A stretch of DNA of 64,000 bases from the NCBI GenBank assembly GCA_037379345.1, contig CM074519.1, positions 35,428,103 through 35,492,102 on the forward strand. Direction: 5' to 3'. Of this stretch, positions 14,801 to 29,800 are shown piece after piece. Position numbers and translations under genes: made by a program. This DNA is from Perna viridis (taxonomy: Eukaryota). Position 1 is the first letter of the stretch, and every line of letters begins with the position of its first letter. Below the pieces are notes generated by a model. That model ran no database searches. It saw nothing but the letters and a program-made list of their open reading frames with translations, and was not told the DNA's origin.

Positions 14801-17800
14801 GTTCATTGTTAATCAATTTTTGGTTTCAGAGTTAGTGAATTTTGTATACTTTAAAAGGGAGAACTTATATTTCAAGTGCTTTAGGCAAATATTATATGTA
14901 TATATATTTAACAAATTATTCTTCTTCTTCGTGATACATGCCTTTATAAAGTCATAGGAAATATCTGTGAAGTGATTCTGACAAAATTTAATAGAATTTG
15001 GTACTGTTAAGAAAAGTCATTCTGAGGCTATTTTCCTATCAAAACTATTTTGATGAGTATAAGTGAATTTTATAGCTTTTGTTCTCATGTTCTCTAAGGC
15101 GCTTAAAGTGTTGGTTGTATTGTTTTGGCTTTGGGAAACTCTAGATTGCTGATACTTTCCAAAGCTTAGTGAAAGATCTAGGTCAAGAAAAGAATCCCAA
15201 ATTTTAGACACTATCAGGAATGCCATACTTTGTGTAACCTTTGTAATTATAACATTCCATGAAAAAAAATCCCAAATTTTAGACACTATTTGGAATGCCA
15301 TAATTTGTATTACCATTGGAACTGTAAAGTTCTTATGTCTTTTTAGGTGAAACACATAGCCATTAGCTGTATACAAAAGAATGTCAGGAAGTTTATGCTG
15401 ATAAGGGACTGGAATTGGTGGAGACTATTTACCAAAGTACAACCCATGTTAAATGTCCATAGAACTGAGGAACAACTTCAGGAAAGGGAGGTAAGTCACA
15501 ATTTACCAAAGTACAACCCTTGTTAAATGTCCATAGAACTGAGGAACAACTTCAGGAAAGAGAGGCAAGTCACAGTGAACCTATTATCATACTTAATACA
15601 AAACTTGTAAAATTGAAGCATGGCCCAGCCTGCTATGCATGAATGATGGGTAATGTGGTAATAGAACAATACACATTTAATTGGATTGTCTGCTGTGGTT
15701 ATGTAATAATTATATGACCACTCAAGTCAATTGGAAATTTACAAATAGATAATTTGTTGATACTCTTGAATGTGTTGTGTTTTTGTTGATACTGTTGAAT
15801 GTGTTGTGCTTTGTTGATACTCTTGAATGTGTTGTGTTTTGAAATATTGAAGAAAAAGATAATTGCTCAATTTTCTTAGCATCATATTACAGACCTGATT
15901 TTTTTCAGAATTCTGCTTTTTCAAACCAGAATTTTCCTGTATGCTTCTATTATTACATACAAATACAGGCTTCCGGTAACTCATTTCTGCCTTTTTTTTC
16001 ACATTGGCAAAAGCGTGTCAGATTTTAATGTACCATATGTTCATTATAATTTGAAAGCCATTCTGAGTATGATATTCTTTATCTCATTATCAAGTACTTG
16101 TAAATGTGCCTTTTTGAAATGTTTAATGAAAATTGGATGGAAAATATATTGCCATGTATGGTGTTATTGCAGGTTGAAGTTGAACATCTTAAGAGTAAAC
16201 TGGAAAAGATTGAAAAAGAAAGAAATGAATACAAACAGCTTTATGAGAAAACAGACAGCAGGGTAGAGTCTCATTGGTCTTAATTAATACTTACAAAAAT
16301 ACATTATTTACAAGTTTTAAAGACACATAGAGTTCATATGACATCAGTGGTATCTAAGTGAAAACTAAGCAAGATCTTTTTTTTTTTATCTGAAACAACT
16401 TCTTTAGTTTTTATATTTAATGATTAGAACATTTAAAATAAGCTTGATTTAGAAGAATTCTAGATTGGTTTAGAAACACATTTATAATTTGAATTTTCCA
16501 GATACATGTATAATAATTGATAGTCAGTACCTACCAAAATTACAAAATATTACATCATGTTTTGAATCTTAAAATGGTTATAAAAAATAATACATGAACA
16601 AGCTATCCTGAAACAATTTCTCATGCCATATATATATATTGTAGCTGACAGAAGTACAAGCTGATCTGATTGAGGAACATTCCACTGCGACTCATGCCTC
16701 TGAAATGTTGGAGACAGAAACTGCTGAAAGGATGCAGCTAACCAAAGAACATAAAGATCTACAGGTATTTTTAAAATGTGTCAGGTTTTGTTTTTTGATA
16801 CAAGGTTATGGGATTCCCTGTCCTCTTCACCCAAGGCAGGTAAAATATTTTGAAGGCAATACCATTTATTATGTTACACTTTTCGTATGGCAGTTTGAAA
16901 ATTTGAATTTTGAAAGCGTTTGTTCAGTTTGACTGTTTGGAAGTTAATTTTCATTTGATGTTTCCCATGAAAACCTAAAAAATTTTTAAAATCATGGAAC
17001 AGTGTAATATATCTTGTGGGAATTGCTTTATTGTTTTGTATTTGTATTGGAAATACAATACTGGCTTCAGTTGACATTAATATGTGTAATTTGGCTTTAG
17101 ATTTAAAAATCATATAGATATTTAGTGAAACATGAAATACCCAAAGTGCATTTCTTCTCTACTTGTAGTCCCGATACAATGCATTAAAGAGGCAGGCAGA
17201 AAAGATTGAGATGGAACTAACACAAGTCCACCTATGGCAAGCAGAAGCTCTTGACTTTAATGATGAAGATGCTGATGGTATGTTTTCATTTCTTATCAAT
17301 TTGAAATATACTCCTGAAGCCTGATGTCCTTTGATAGAAATTGTATGACATTTTGTGATGAAAACTTCAGGATTTATTATTTTATCAAACCCTATAACCA
17401 TTTATTCAACAAAATGATAATATTTCTGGCAGTTTGTAGCTTCTTTGAATGAAGTCCTAAATCTCATTTACAGTACCTGAACCGATCTGTGCAACTAAAA
17501 TTGCGATCAGTCTTTGATCCATCAAACCGATCTTTTAAACTGGTGATCGCATCACATAATCATGGCACGGTCAATATATTTTACAGTTTCCATTGTTTTT
17601 TTTTTTTCAATTTTACACATATTTACATAATGCAATAGATTAAAACATCAATTTATACTTTTATTTTACATTTGTTTTATTTTTAATAGATCAACTGTCA
17701 TTTTACATAACAAAACTGTGATCAGATCAGTCACCGGTCATCGGTTATCAATCCGTCAGTGTTCAATCAATCAGCGGTCATCAGTTCATCAAATCGTTGC

Positions 17801-20800
17801 ACGGATCAGTTCAAGGACTGTAGTTAATTTAGAAATATTTGCATGTTCAAGTCACAATTCTGATTTCTGGAAAAAATTGAACTAAATTTTACTTTGAATG
17901 ATTTAGAGAAATGTTAGGACTGAATGTAAAATTTTGTTGATCAGAATATAATTTGATAGTGGATGATCATGAAATTGAAATGAAGTGTCATGACCAATGT
18001 AACATTAACCTGATATTTTCCAGGGAATGACTCTGTGTATAAGGATCGTTATGAGAAGGTTCTACGGGAACTGGATATGACCAAGAAACGGCTTCAGAAA
18101 CAGCACGAGGAAGAGCTAGGGCAAGAGCAACATTCTAAAAAGGCTGTAGAGAAAAGGGTAGGTAGTTTCTGTTTTTATAAAAAGTATAGAATGTGGCCTT
18201 AAAATTGTGAAGGTTTAGTGTATCTTGATTATGAGAGAGAAAAAAAAGTAATGAGGTATTCGATTTTTGCACTTTAACACAAAAACAAGATTTTTTTAAT
18301 CGGTTACATGTAATGTGAGTCCCATCACTAAGTGTGATAGAGACCCTACTAAAGTGACTGCTCTGTGTGCCCAAGAAAAACACACAGGTTCCGGATTCCA
18401 CCTTTGCAACTTGCCTCAATATTGGGATAAAGTTCATTGGATAGTTTGTCAGAATCTGATGGTATGTAGACTGATGTATATGCCTAGGCTTTACTTGAGT
18501 TTCCTGTGTCAGTGTTGATTTTTTTGTCAGTCGTGTATATTTTAATTTCAGAAACTTAGGCTACTCTATCTTTGCAGTATTATTGACTACTATGATCAGT
18601 GAGGGTGACATATGTATTACATTTACTTCTTGAATGAATCAATCCACCATCCTTCAGGCTGTTGTCTCACTTCATAAAGATTCATGATTATGTCTCAAAG
18701 ACAACCAAAATATGTAACAGAAAAATGTGTAGAATAGATACCTCCTTTTTCAAAGTCATACAAAAATGTCTAGGTTCTCTGGCCACTTTTTTAAAAATGA
18801 TGCAGGAAGGCGACTTTTTTAGTCTTTCGTTTTTGTTAAAAGCAAGTTGACGAACTAAATGTGCATGTGGAAGAAACCATCCAGATTTAAAATTTTTTTT
18901 ATTTGTTGCTTTGGAACAAAAATCAGCATTGCTGGAGTATTTTTTCCCTTAGGGTGAAGTTTTTGCAGATTTTCTTACATCTATGATTTAGCAGATTGTT
19001 GAAATGTATATAATGAACTAACATAAGTTTTTAGTGTACACACGTAACCTGTCTTTATCAACTTATTGAACAAAAATCAAAAACAGCTTCTTAAAGTGTC
19101 TAGGTTGTAGGATTGTACTGTATTGATATCAGGAAAGACCATTTTGAAAGGTTAATATGTGATAGTGAGGGACATTTTTAGAGATGAAATAAAAAAAATA
19201 ATTGTATTTTACTTTTCACTTTTTTCACCAATCTGTCAGTTGATTATCGTGAACACAGTTTTGCAACCTTTACTTTAAACATCCTTTAAGGCATATGTGC
19301 AGTGATGGAATTTTGAGTTCTGAGTTTTAGTGAAAGTCTTTGTAAAAATCAAGCAAAACTAGAAAAAATGTTAGATATGCATGTAAAAAAACTACCGATC
19401 TTACAATATATTTTCACTTATTAAAGTCAGTGACCACTATTTGACTTTTGTTCCACTGGATATGTTTAGAAATTTTTCATTAGGTTGGAAAAATGTAGGT
19501 GTGACAAGAGTTATTTGCCCCTGAATTTTTTATTTGCAATGCATCTATGAAATTATAGCTTATTTTACTAGAATGATTAAATGTTATAAATAGTGAATTA
19601 AAAGTTTCAAAATCGTCGGTTATTTCATAGCATGTTTCACTCACTACCTGATTCTTATAAAGACTTCTTATTTTGTTGTCATGGTCTACATTCTGGTCAG
19701 TCTGCATATTGTTTTTTGTGGAAATATTCCATATGTTTATGTAATAACTTCCAATGTGTAATAAGACTTCATATTTGGTCTATTTAATTCCAAATGATTT
19801 AATTCTTTGTAGACCTATTGTGTGATAGCTGCATTTGATCTTTTTAATTCACACACTGCATCAGTGTACTATCTTAAAATTTGTGATTTATGGATAGAAA
19901 TGTACCATTTTTGTGATTGATAGGCAACTGTTATGTAAATTAATTGGAAACAAAATATTGAAAAAGGATAAAACAAGATATCCTGAAGGTAGAAATGGGT
20001 TTGTTAGTCATTCTCCATTTCTGAGAAGATGGATATACCTGTTATTTTATTGTTTGTACTAGAAGTACAATCACCATGTCCTGCACACTTACCTGTGTGT
20101 AATTGACAGGTAATTAATTAGCCAAAGGTGATTATATCAGGTAATAATTCCAGAATGACAGGTGAATGCCCCATGTTACGTAAATATTTGTAAACATGTA
20201 CAGTTTAATCACTAACTTTCCAGTAGTATTGCCAAAAAGACAGATTAGTGTTGGAAAATATTACAGACCTTCAAAGTATAGAGAGCACTTGGAAATTATT
20301 TGTTCAAATAGAAAAATTGATTTTGACTTATCCTTAGGAGCTAATTATATACTATCTATTCCATTGTGTTGTTGCCTTGTGATAGAAATTAGGAAGGTAT
20401 TTTTCACTGAGGAAATTAATTTTAAAGAGTAAAAATTGAGTGAGAATATCTGTTAGGAAGTTAATTATCAGTTATCTGTTGTGTTTGGTTATGCTTAAGA
20501 TAATGCAGATGTTTGGGAGAGTGAAAGGATCTGGGTGATTTGGGAAGTCATTTATCAGACATCACTTAGGAAGCAGGATTTATGTATTTCTTGGACTTTA
20601 GGAAATGATTTGTTCTTGTGAAACTAATGATTTAAAGCCAGATTTGAGGATGAAAACTGAACCAATTCTAGTTAGTAAAGCACAGGTAAACAGTTTTTAC
20701 TATACAGATATGTACCTTTCTGTACAGGTGTTTGTAAAAAATAAATTATTGTATTATTGGTAGATAATAAAATAATTGTCCATTATTTAAAAAAAATGTA

Positions 20801-23800
20801 AAAAAAATTCTCTTGTCAAATGACTAAAGAAGTGATTTATTTCTGTAATTTGTGTTAGCATTGACAAGTATATTAATTGGATTGGAGATGATTTCAATTA
20901 CAATACCAATAAGGTTTAACAGATAAGGCCTATAATTTCTGGAATTCTCTAGATTTTATTGTTGCTTAAATGATTAGAAGTTCTGGGAAATTATACAATA
21001 AAATGCATTATGCAGACAACCGTCAATACAAGTTCAAATTGTTATGGGCTGATAAGGAATTCATGTACATGTAAATCAATTTGAAAGCAGTCCAGAACAT
21101 AGAGTGTGGGAATTTTCCTTTGTTATAAAGGCTTTTAATTCTTTAGAATTGTAGCCATTGCTTATCAGGTTATACACCTCATCTTTATATAAATCCCAAA
21201 CAAACCACATACTTTCCTTTGTTGATAAAAGATTAATAAATGTATTTATAACTACTTCTATTAAAAGCCACAAACCATGGTATTTTTCTGAAGCTACAAT
21301 GTTTTTTTAACCCAGTTTTAGTTTACAGATCCTGCCACATTTTTTGCACCTGACCCAAGTCAGGAATTTCAGGCCTTGTTTGGTTTTCAATTTTAGTTTA
21401 CTTCTGTGTTTGTGGAGTATATAGGGGCAGTTATTTTCCTGTACCTGTATTTAATGTTGTTTTGGGGCAAGCTACAGCCTACCATGTGGTGTTAGGGTTT
21501 CCTGATTGTTAATTGAAGACCTATGGGCTGCCTTTAGCTGACATTTTTCATCCCTGTGGGGTTGTTGTCTCTTTGACATATTCACCATATCCGTTCTCGT
21601 TATATATATATTGCACTAGGAATAAAAAAAAATGTTGCTTCTGGTGCTATGAAAGTTTCTAATGAAAATCAAGGTGTTGTATGCATTTCAAAATAAAAGA
21701 TGAATCATACAACATATGAGTGATTGGAAGATAATTACAACACATGGTTTACCTGATGTTAACAAATTGACCAGATGGTTTACTGCTGTAGTATGTCAAG
21801 GGGAGATAATTAATGGATTCAATAGTTTTTTTTTGTTTCCAAAAACAAAGGGTTCAATATTAACAAATTGACCAGATGAATTACTACATGCTTTTTATTA
21901 AGGATATAATATATTTTATGATTTAAGCTTGGTTTATTTTATTTTAATTTTTTTTTCGGTGGGGGGGGGGGGTCAGATATGAATTGATAGATGATATGTT
22001 ATCCTTCCTGTTATGGAGTAACCAAAACAAGGCATTTAGTATAATCAGATTACTACAGTTGTGATAAATAGATGACTCTTGTATTTAATCTTAACAGCAA
22101 AAAGTCCTCCCAAGGAATTGAGATATTTTGTCTCAAAATAATTTGAGAAAATTTGTTCAGCACTTTTGATAGAACATGTGTGGGCCGACTTCATGAAAAC
22201 TATTTCTAGTGCCTGTTGATTCAAATGCACTTCTTAAGTTCTGTTTAGAACTTTGCCAACTTAATAATTAAAGTACATTTAAATGTAAAAATAAACAAAC
22301 ATTTATCTTCAGATGTCAACATAATACTTTGTTTATTGCCAAAGATAATTATCTATTGAAAGGTATAGCTCTTACTTTGTACTTCTAAGATAAAAAAAAA
22401 AAAACATAAATTACTTGACAGATTCAACTTAAATATTCTGTATTTTATACTACAAAGATATGTGGGAAACTGATAATTATAAAAAGTGAAATGAAATTAC
22501 ATAATTTCAAGGTTAGAACTTTGATTTCTGATCCTTGTTTACAGCTGTGATTAATTGGCTGAATAAGACTCTCTCCGCTTAAAACGTTTTTAAAAGAAAT
22601 TTCTTTGTACTCATAATATATATGAGTAAATGAAAGCTTATGGTATCTGTCTTCACTGTGTCTTTATTAATTTGTTTAATTGGTTTCAGATGCATTGAAA
22701 TCACAATTAAGCCAGAAGGAAGTATGATTTATTTGTTTATTCTAATATCAAATTATGTGTTGTAATGGAAGTAATTTAATGCCTTCCATCCTTTTATCCT
22801 CCTCACTGTCTAGACTGAACATTTTTAAATGGATTTAGGTGAAATTTTGTATTTGGTATACCATTGTTAATCCCTAAACTTTTAATTAATTTAGTTCATA
22901 GGTCAAAAATAGGTCATTAGATATGCATATTATTACTATAAGAGTTAGCTCTGGTCTATGTTGCTCCTGGTTTATCGTAATCTGTGTTCTTTGAATTATC
23001 ATTAAATCCAGAAAGTGGCTTCAGATGAACTTGAAATATATTGAAATGCAGACGGACTCTTTAACAAATATTTGGAAGATTTTCTCCCCATGACTATGTC
23101 AAATTAAGGTCTGATTTTGGCCATATAGAGGAATTTATATCTAGGTTTTTCTCTTTGCATACCCACCACTTGATTTGTCTTTTTTCATGGTCTTTCACCT
23201 TCATTTTCACAATATCTCTCACAGAGAAACATGTTAATGGGGATGTTGGGGTGTGCGGTTCAAGCTCTTTTGGGCCTTAATAGTTACAATATCTCTTGAA
23301 GAGAAACATGTTGATGGTGATGTTGGGGTGTGCCATTCAAGCTCTTTTGGGCCCTAATAGTTTCAATATCTCTTGAAGAGAAACATGTTGATGGTGATGT
23401 TGGGGTGTGCGGTTCAAGCTCTTTTGGGCCTTAATAGTTCCAATATCTCTCGCAGAGTAACATGTTGATGGGGATATTAGGGTGTGCGGTTCAAGCTCTT
23501 TTGGGCCCTAATAGTTCCAATATCTCTTGAAGAGAAATATGTTGGTGGGGATGTTGGGGTGTGCTGTTCAAGCTCTTTTGGGCCCTAATAGTTACAATAT
23601 CTCTTAAAGAGAAACATGATGATGGGGATGTTAGGGTGTGCAGGTTCAGGCTCTTTTGGGCCTTAATAGATACAGTGCTTTGTTGGTGGGTGCTGTGTAT
23701 TGATAAACCCTCATTACATTCAACTTCATAAGTATTTAGTTAGGATCACAATTACTGTAGATTCTTAGGTTCAAGGAATGTTGGTTGAGTTCAAACTCAT

Positions 23801-26800
23801 TATGTGCATGTAAAACTCATTAAGTATAATTAGTTGTAAGCAGTTAATTAATTAATCCTTTATCTTCTAAGACAAGCACTTTTTAGGTGGATAATTTATG
23901 ACTGTTGAAAAATGAACATCATCAGCCTTGGGAGGGATGCTGTTAATGTAATTGAGCTGAAAAAAAAATGCACTATTGTGTCAAGTTCATGCTTTTCATA
24001 TTAGCTATTTATAGGAATTATAATTCTGCCTACATAAAAAATGAAACCTCAGTAGTAGGTCTTGACTCCCTCTTTTGTTGAAAAATTTTGTAAATTTTGT
24101 AAATTTTGCAGAGAATTTTGGCTGGGAACTATTGAAGAATTAATAGCCTAGAACCCCCTTTTTTTCTGAAATCCAGTTGAAATCTCTGGATCCACCCGTG
24201 AACCTATACCTCGTAATTAACCTGGGAATTCAATGGTATAATTAAATAACTTGTACAATTCTGCATAAAATTTGAAAGATTTTGTAACCCTAGTGCAGTT
24301 GATTATTATTGTATGTGATGAGTTCAAAAAAGACTGATGTAGTGATTAAATAAGTTAGAATATAACTTTGTTGCACTTAAAGTGTTTAAATGTAAAAACA
24401 GATCTAGTCAGACATAAAAATGGATGGTTAAATGTTAATCTCTATAGATAGGTTAGTTATATGGTTGCAGGAAATAGCTGTCAATAACTTTATTTTGGAA
24501 ATTCTTGGATTATTAAAGTGTTGGTACAATTTTTTACTTTCTTGTATTTGTGTGTTTGATATATTTATAATGTTAAGGAGTTTGTTTTTTTTTGTTTTGT
24601 TCAGACCAAAGTTTATAAAGATATCACTATCTCCCACTTTCTTGGGGTGAGGGAAGTTGCTATTATCCTGTCTGTCTGTTATAATGCTTGTGCTCCCTAT
24701 ATCTCTTGTATATTTGTATTGAAAAGAAAACTCTTTTTTTTTTCCTGTTCAATAAGGAATAACACTTTATTAATTCGATTTTTTAGTATGAAATCAGAAG
24801 TAAAACTTTTTGTTAATACTTTTTTGTTCAGATAATCATGTAGCCTATTGAGATTTCTTGCAATTGATAGTTGAACTATCTCTGACACATGCTTAGTAGG
24901 ATGAAATATGACTGTCTGCACTTACAAAAATGAAAACTTAAGAAATGTATCATGTATCTGATGGCTGAATGACCAGGTCAAAGGACAGTTTTTTTTTAAA
25001 TTAATATTCAATCTGTACAATTTTCAAATCATTTGCAATAAAAATGACAATCATGTATTAATATATGAACATACAGTAAAGAATACAGGCTTACCTTTAA
25101 TTCTTGAACATGGAATTATTGATAAACTTAAATGCAAAATGTATTACTATAATCAGAACCTGTCCATTTGGTTAATATCAGATGATAATTTGTATATAGT
25201 ATTCAGAGAGGATGTCTTATGATGGTACAAGTTTGTTTATTATAAAGTAGATATCTGGATGTATGCAGGTGCCCTCTTACGAGGAGGCTGTGCTACTCTT
25301 TGTGCTGTAGATGAAATAGGACATTGTTTTTTTAATGTGTTTTTTAATAGCTATGTTGGATAATAATGGAGATATATCAAAGGTTAAACTTCTTGGTCAA
25401 GTAAGAGTTTCATTAATTTCAGTTGATATTTTGACAGATTCTATTCTAAATCTTAAGGAGCATAGTTGAACATTCGTTGCATTACAACTTGAGGAAAGTC
25501 CATCACTGCTTAGTTTCTTTGTTTTTCTCTACTCCACTTTTATTACAGCTGAATTTTCATTAAATTTCATGTAGATATGGACCACCTTATGTTTTTAGTT
25601 AACAATTATGGGTTTTGACTAGTTATGTTAATAATTATGCCATGAACTAAAACATTTTTCAGCCAGCTGTCAGATATATTATTGTGCACAACTCCTCCTA
25701 TATCATTTTGTGGATTTTTATGAATTTTCCAGTAGTAGATGACTATATGGAGATGTACATATTGACATTAAGTTTCTGTTTTTACATGCTGGAGGATGAG
25801 ATATATTGATCTTGTGCAGGACATTCCTTGTTACTACTAGTCTGGAAGTTATTATGTCTAAATGTGGTTTCCCCTAAACTTAATTATAACAGCTTGGCTC
25901 AAGCAATCCAATATTTATGTATATTCTAACAAGAACAGGTCAGCATAAATAACATAAGTTTGACTTGATTCAATCATAATGTGATCCCTTAGTTTACCTT
26001 ACTGGTGCACCTGGTCCATGCTCCCAGTTTTTAGTGGAGTCCGAGTTGCTCATTTACTTATGTTACTTTGTATGTATGATTTTAGTTACTTTATGTTCTT
26101 TGTTGTGTGTGTCTGTTTTCTATGTCTGGTCTTTGTCCCTGGATTACATTCTTTTGATTACCGCTATAACCTTGGTTCCCTTGATTACTCTTTCATACTG
26201 AAATTACTTTTTTTATACCTCTCTCTTTTTTTCTTCCAGTTACACGATGCTGTTGAGGATGCCGAGGACCAGAGGAGACAGTTGGCTGCTGCTAAAAAGA
26301 AGGCATCAAGACTGGCTGCTGAGATGCAGGACACTAAACTACATCTGGAGGAACAGATGGCTAGAAATAATGACCTGGAGAGAAAACAAAGAAGGTAATC
26401 TATATATATATATAGTGATTTCAGTTACTGTAAATTCGAAATTTATTGTGAGCAATTAATATTGCAATTGTGTTATTTTAGTCAATAATGTTTTTTTTTG
26501 TAATGTTTTTTTTACCTTATGCTCAACGTCACATACAGCACATTTTCGATTTGAAGCTCTATTTTTTAAACTGTCGGGACTTACCGCTAGAGTTGTCTCT
26601 CTTTTATTTAATCGGAAGATAGTTCGCATATATGCATGACGTGATAGTTCCAATGAGTCGTTTATTGGCTGAAATCGTGCGTAACAAATCCTTACGGGAA
26701 AATCCTATGCTAATATCCGCCATGTTGGTTTCTACGGGATGATTTGTTTACAAACGAAGTTAGTAAGTTCCCATCGAACTCCGGTGACAATCATCTGCTA

Positions 26801-29800
26801 AATCGACTTCTCAGTGTTGTACGATGTTTGTGTAGAATAAATCCGAGATATCCGAATTAGCGCTGAAATGCATTCTGGGTTCTTTGGTTTTTGGACAAAC
26901 CATTTAAACGTAAACAACATCTCCTAGCAACCCAATCACTGTAAACATGGCCGACTTTTGACAATGTAAATATTGGGACCGAGAATTAAAATTTCACTGG
27001 AATTTAACGATTCAATGTTCAGGGAGAAGCCGTTTGGCTTAACTAATGAGCAAGTTATTTAAGACAATTTAAACAATGGTAGGTGTCAATACAGTCATAG
27101 AAAATATTTTTATTCAAATTTTAACAGTATCTTATTTATGTGCCGCCAAGTATAGTTATGTTCATATTGCATGTTTTGATTATTAAAGCTTCACAATAAT
27201 TACTGAATTTACTGTTGCTAAATAGCCCTTTTGTGACTTGATAGCATAAAATCATTTAAATTTCTTTTATAAAATAAAACAGTGACTTTTTTATGTACTA
27301 CCCACACAAACACCATGTATACAACTCAAATAAAAACAAATACATATCTATAAATTCTCCAAAGGATAGATGATAAAAAAATAAACAACGAATAGACTTT
27401 AAAAACACACGGTTGCCACTGCATATAATGATGATTAGTACTACAGAATTTCAATCTTAAACTTTAATATGGCCGGTACAAGAAAAGGCAAAAAATTAAG
27501 TTATGATTAAAACAAAGCAAAAAAGTAAATCATGACCCTGTAACCCCTTTAGAAATAATTTTTTTTTTTTTTTTTTTTTTAATAAATGTGACTACATGAC
27601 TCTTTTATCATATTTCTTTCAGGTTTGATTCTGAAGTATCAAAAGTTCATGAAGAGGTCAAGGGTGAAAGGGCAATGAGGGAAAGGTTACAGAGAGAAAA
27701 AGATGAACTATTGTCTAAAACATTCACCCTAGAACAAGATCTAACTGTAATTTACTGATAAGACTGTCTTCTATGGTTTCAGATTATCTATAAGCCAACC
27801 TTCATAGAGAAAAATGTAAAAGGAAGGAGTGTCTTCTATGGTTTCAGATAATCTATAAGTCAACCTTCATAGAGAAAAATATATAAGGAAGGAGGTTCAG
27901 TTAAGAAAAACTTCTGTCAAAAATATACAAAATATGAAAATGAATTATTTTTAAAATGTGTTAGTATATAATACTATGCTTGGAGACTGATACATACCTT
28001 ATAACTTCAGGAATGACTTATAAATTTGTACTTCTATACAAAATATTGCATTGAAATGAACTTGGTTTTAATGAACCAACCTTACCTCTGTTCTGTTATG
28101 ACAGTATAAGAGATATCTTTAGTAGTTTGAAAACCTCACCATTACTGTGAAGGTATTCATATTTGCCATTGCTAATTTTCAAGGATTCTTTCAAGTGAAC
28201 ATATTTGTGAATATCAATTTTTTCGTGGTTTTAAAAATTATTAGTGTTGAAACATAACAATTATTAGTACACTGCAAAAAATAATACATAGATGGAAGTT
28301 GATTGGATTCTTTTTACAGAGAGTTAAAGTAGACTTAGATGTAGCTACAGAGAGAGCCAATAGATTAGACAGAGAATTAATGGATGTTACCCTAGCTGGT
28401 ACCAAGTCTGGTGATTCTGAAATCATGTCTCTGAAAAAGGCCAAGAATGAATTAGATGCTAAGGTCAAAGATCAGGAGGAGGAGTTAGATGAACAGGCAG
28501 GGCAAATACAACAGTTAGAACAGGTAGTTATCATATATTAAAAATTAGGTCTAAGTTCTTGAGGTCAATTAGCACAAACATTGGAATAGGTAATTAATAT
28601 CATGATAGATAGCAGTTGAAAGGTCAAGTACAAGACTTAACATAAGTCATGAGTGGAGGTCATTGATCAGAACAGTAAAGTAGATGGCTTCAGCAAGTCG
28701 ACTTTGGTAGCTAAAATCAGGCCATAGGTCAAAGTAAAGGTTAAGACTAGAAAGCATTTCAGTGAAGTAGTTTAAATAGACAAAAAATTATAATTTTGAA
28801 ATCCAGCCATAGATCTAGCTAAGCAAAATTCAATAAGTACATGTTAGAGGTAGATGTTAACCATTAATGAAGTAACAAATCACATGTATAGGGAATGATT
28901 TGTGACCATAGTTTGATATCTATGTTAGCCAAGAATTAAATTTATATTATATTTTCATGTTTTTGTATTTATATAAAGACATTATAAAATTTAATCAAAC
29001 AAAATTTCCAACTAAAACATGAATCTAAGATATTCAAATGGTTTTTGAGTCTGCATATTGTTTTAATATAAATTATCATTATCTATATATATATTATTTT
29101 TGTAATATTTTTGAATGCTAATTATTTTAGACCAAAATCCGACTAGAAATGAATTATGAGAGAATGAGACAACAACATCAGAAAGAATTAGAGGAAAAAG
29201 ATGAAGAAATGGAAGAAATGAGATGTGCTACACAGAAAAAGGTGGGTTTCAGTTTCCTGTCCAGAGGTATATTTTAAGCCTGAATTGTTGTAGAATAATT
29301 TTGAGTGGTTACAGTGATCGATTTTAAGGGGAAATACTTGCTAAATGCAAGTTGAAATTCAATTTTGCTTGTAGAAATTATTTCCATTTGCTAAATTTTT
29401 GCACGTGGAATGCTATATGTCATATAGGTAAAGTCCAGAAATAATCAAAAATAAAAATTTAAATTTAGCATGTGTAAATTTTCAGTACTTGCTAATTTTA
29501 GCTAGTGGAAAAAATTCTGAAATTCAATCCGTTTGGTTATTCCTGTTTTCATTAAAGTAATATAGCCCTGAAAAAGTGTATCCCTATTATGCATGAAAGC
29601 CAAAAATAGAAATTTCTTACAGGTTTTATTTTTAATTTATTCAAATTTTCATATGCTGTTAATTCAAAAATTATTGCATGCTGTAATTATTATGTTTGTC
29701 ATACAAGTCAAAAATTGGAATTTGATTTTTGTGATAAGTTTTAAGTAAGTTTATTGCTATTTCAAGTCGTTCACATTCTTTGTAGTATTAAATGGCACAA

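Noticed and set aside
23210-23669. 77-bp periodic array as CRISPR or tRNA cluster
   Set aside because: Whole unit repeats with no spacers; no cloverleaf or A/B boxes recognised
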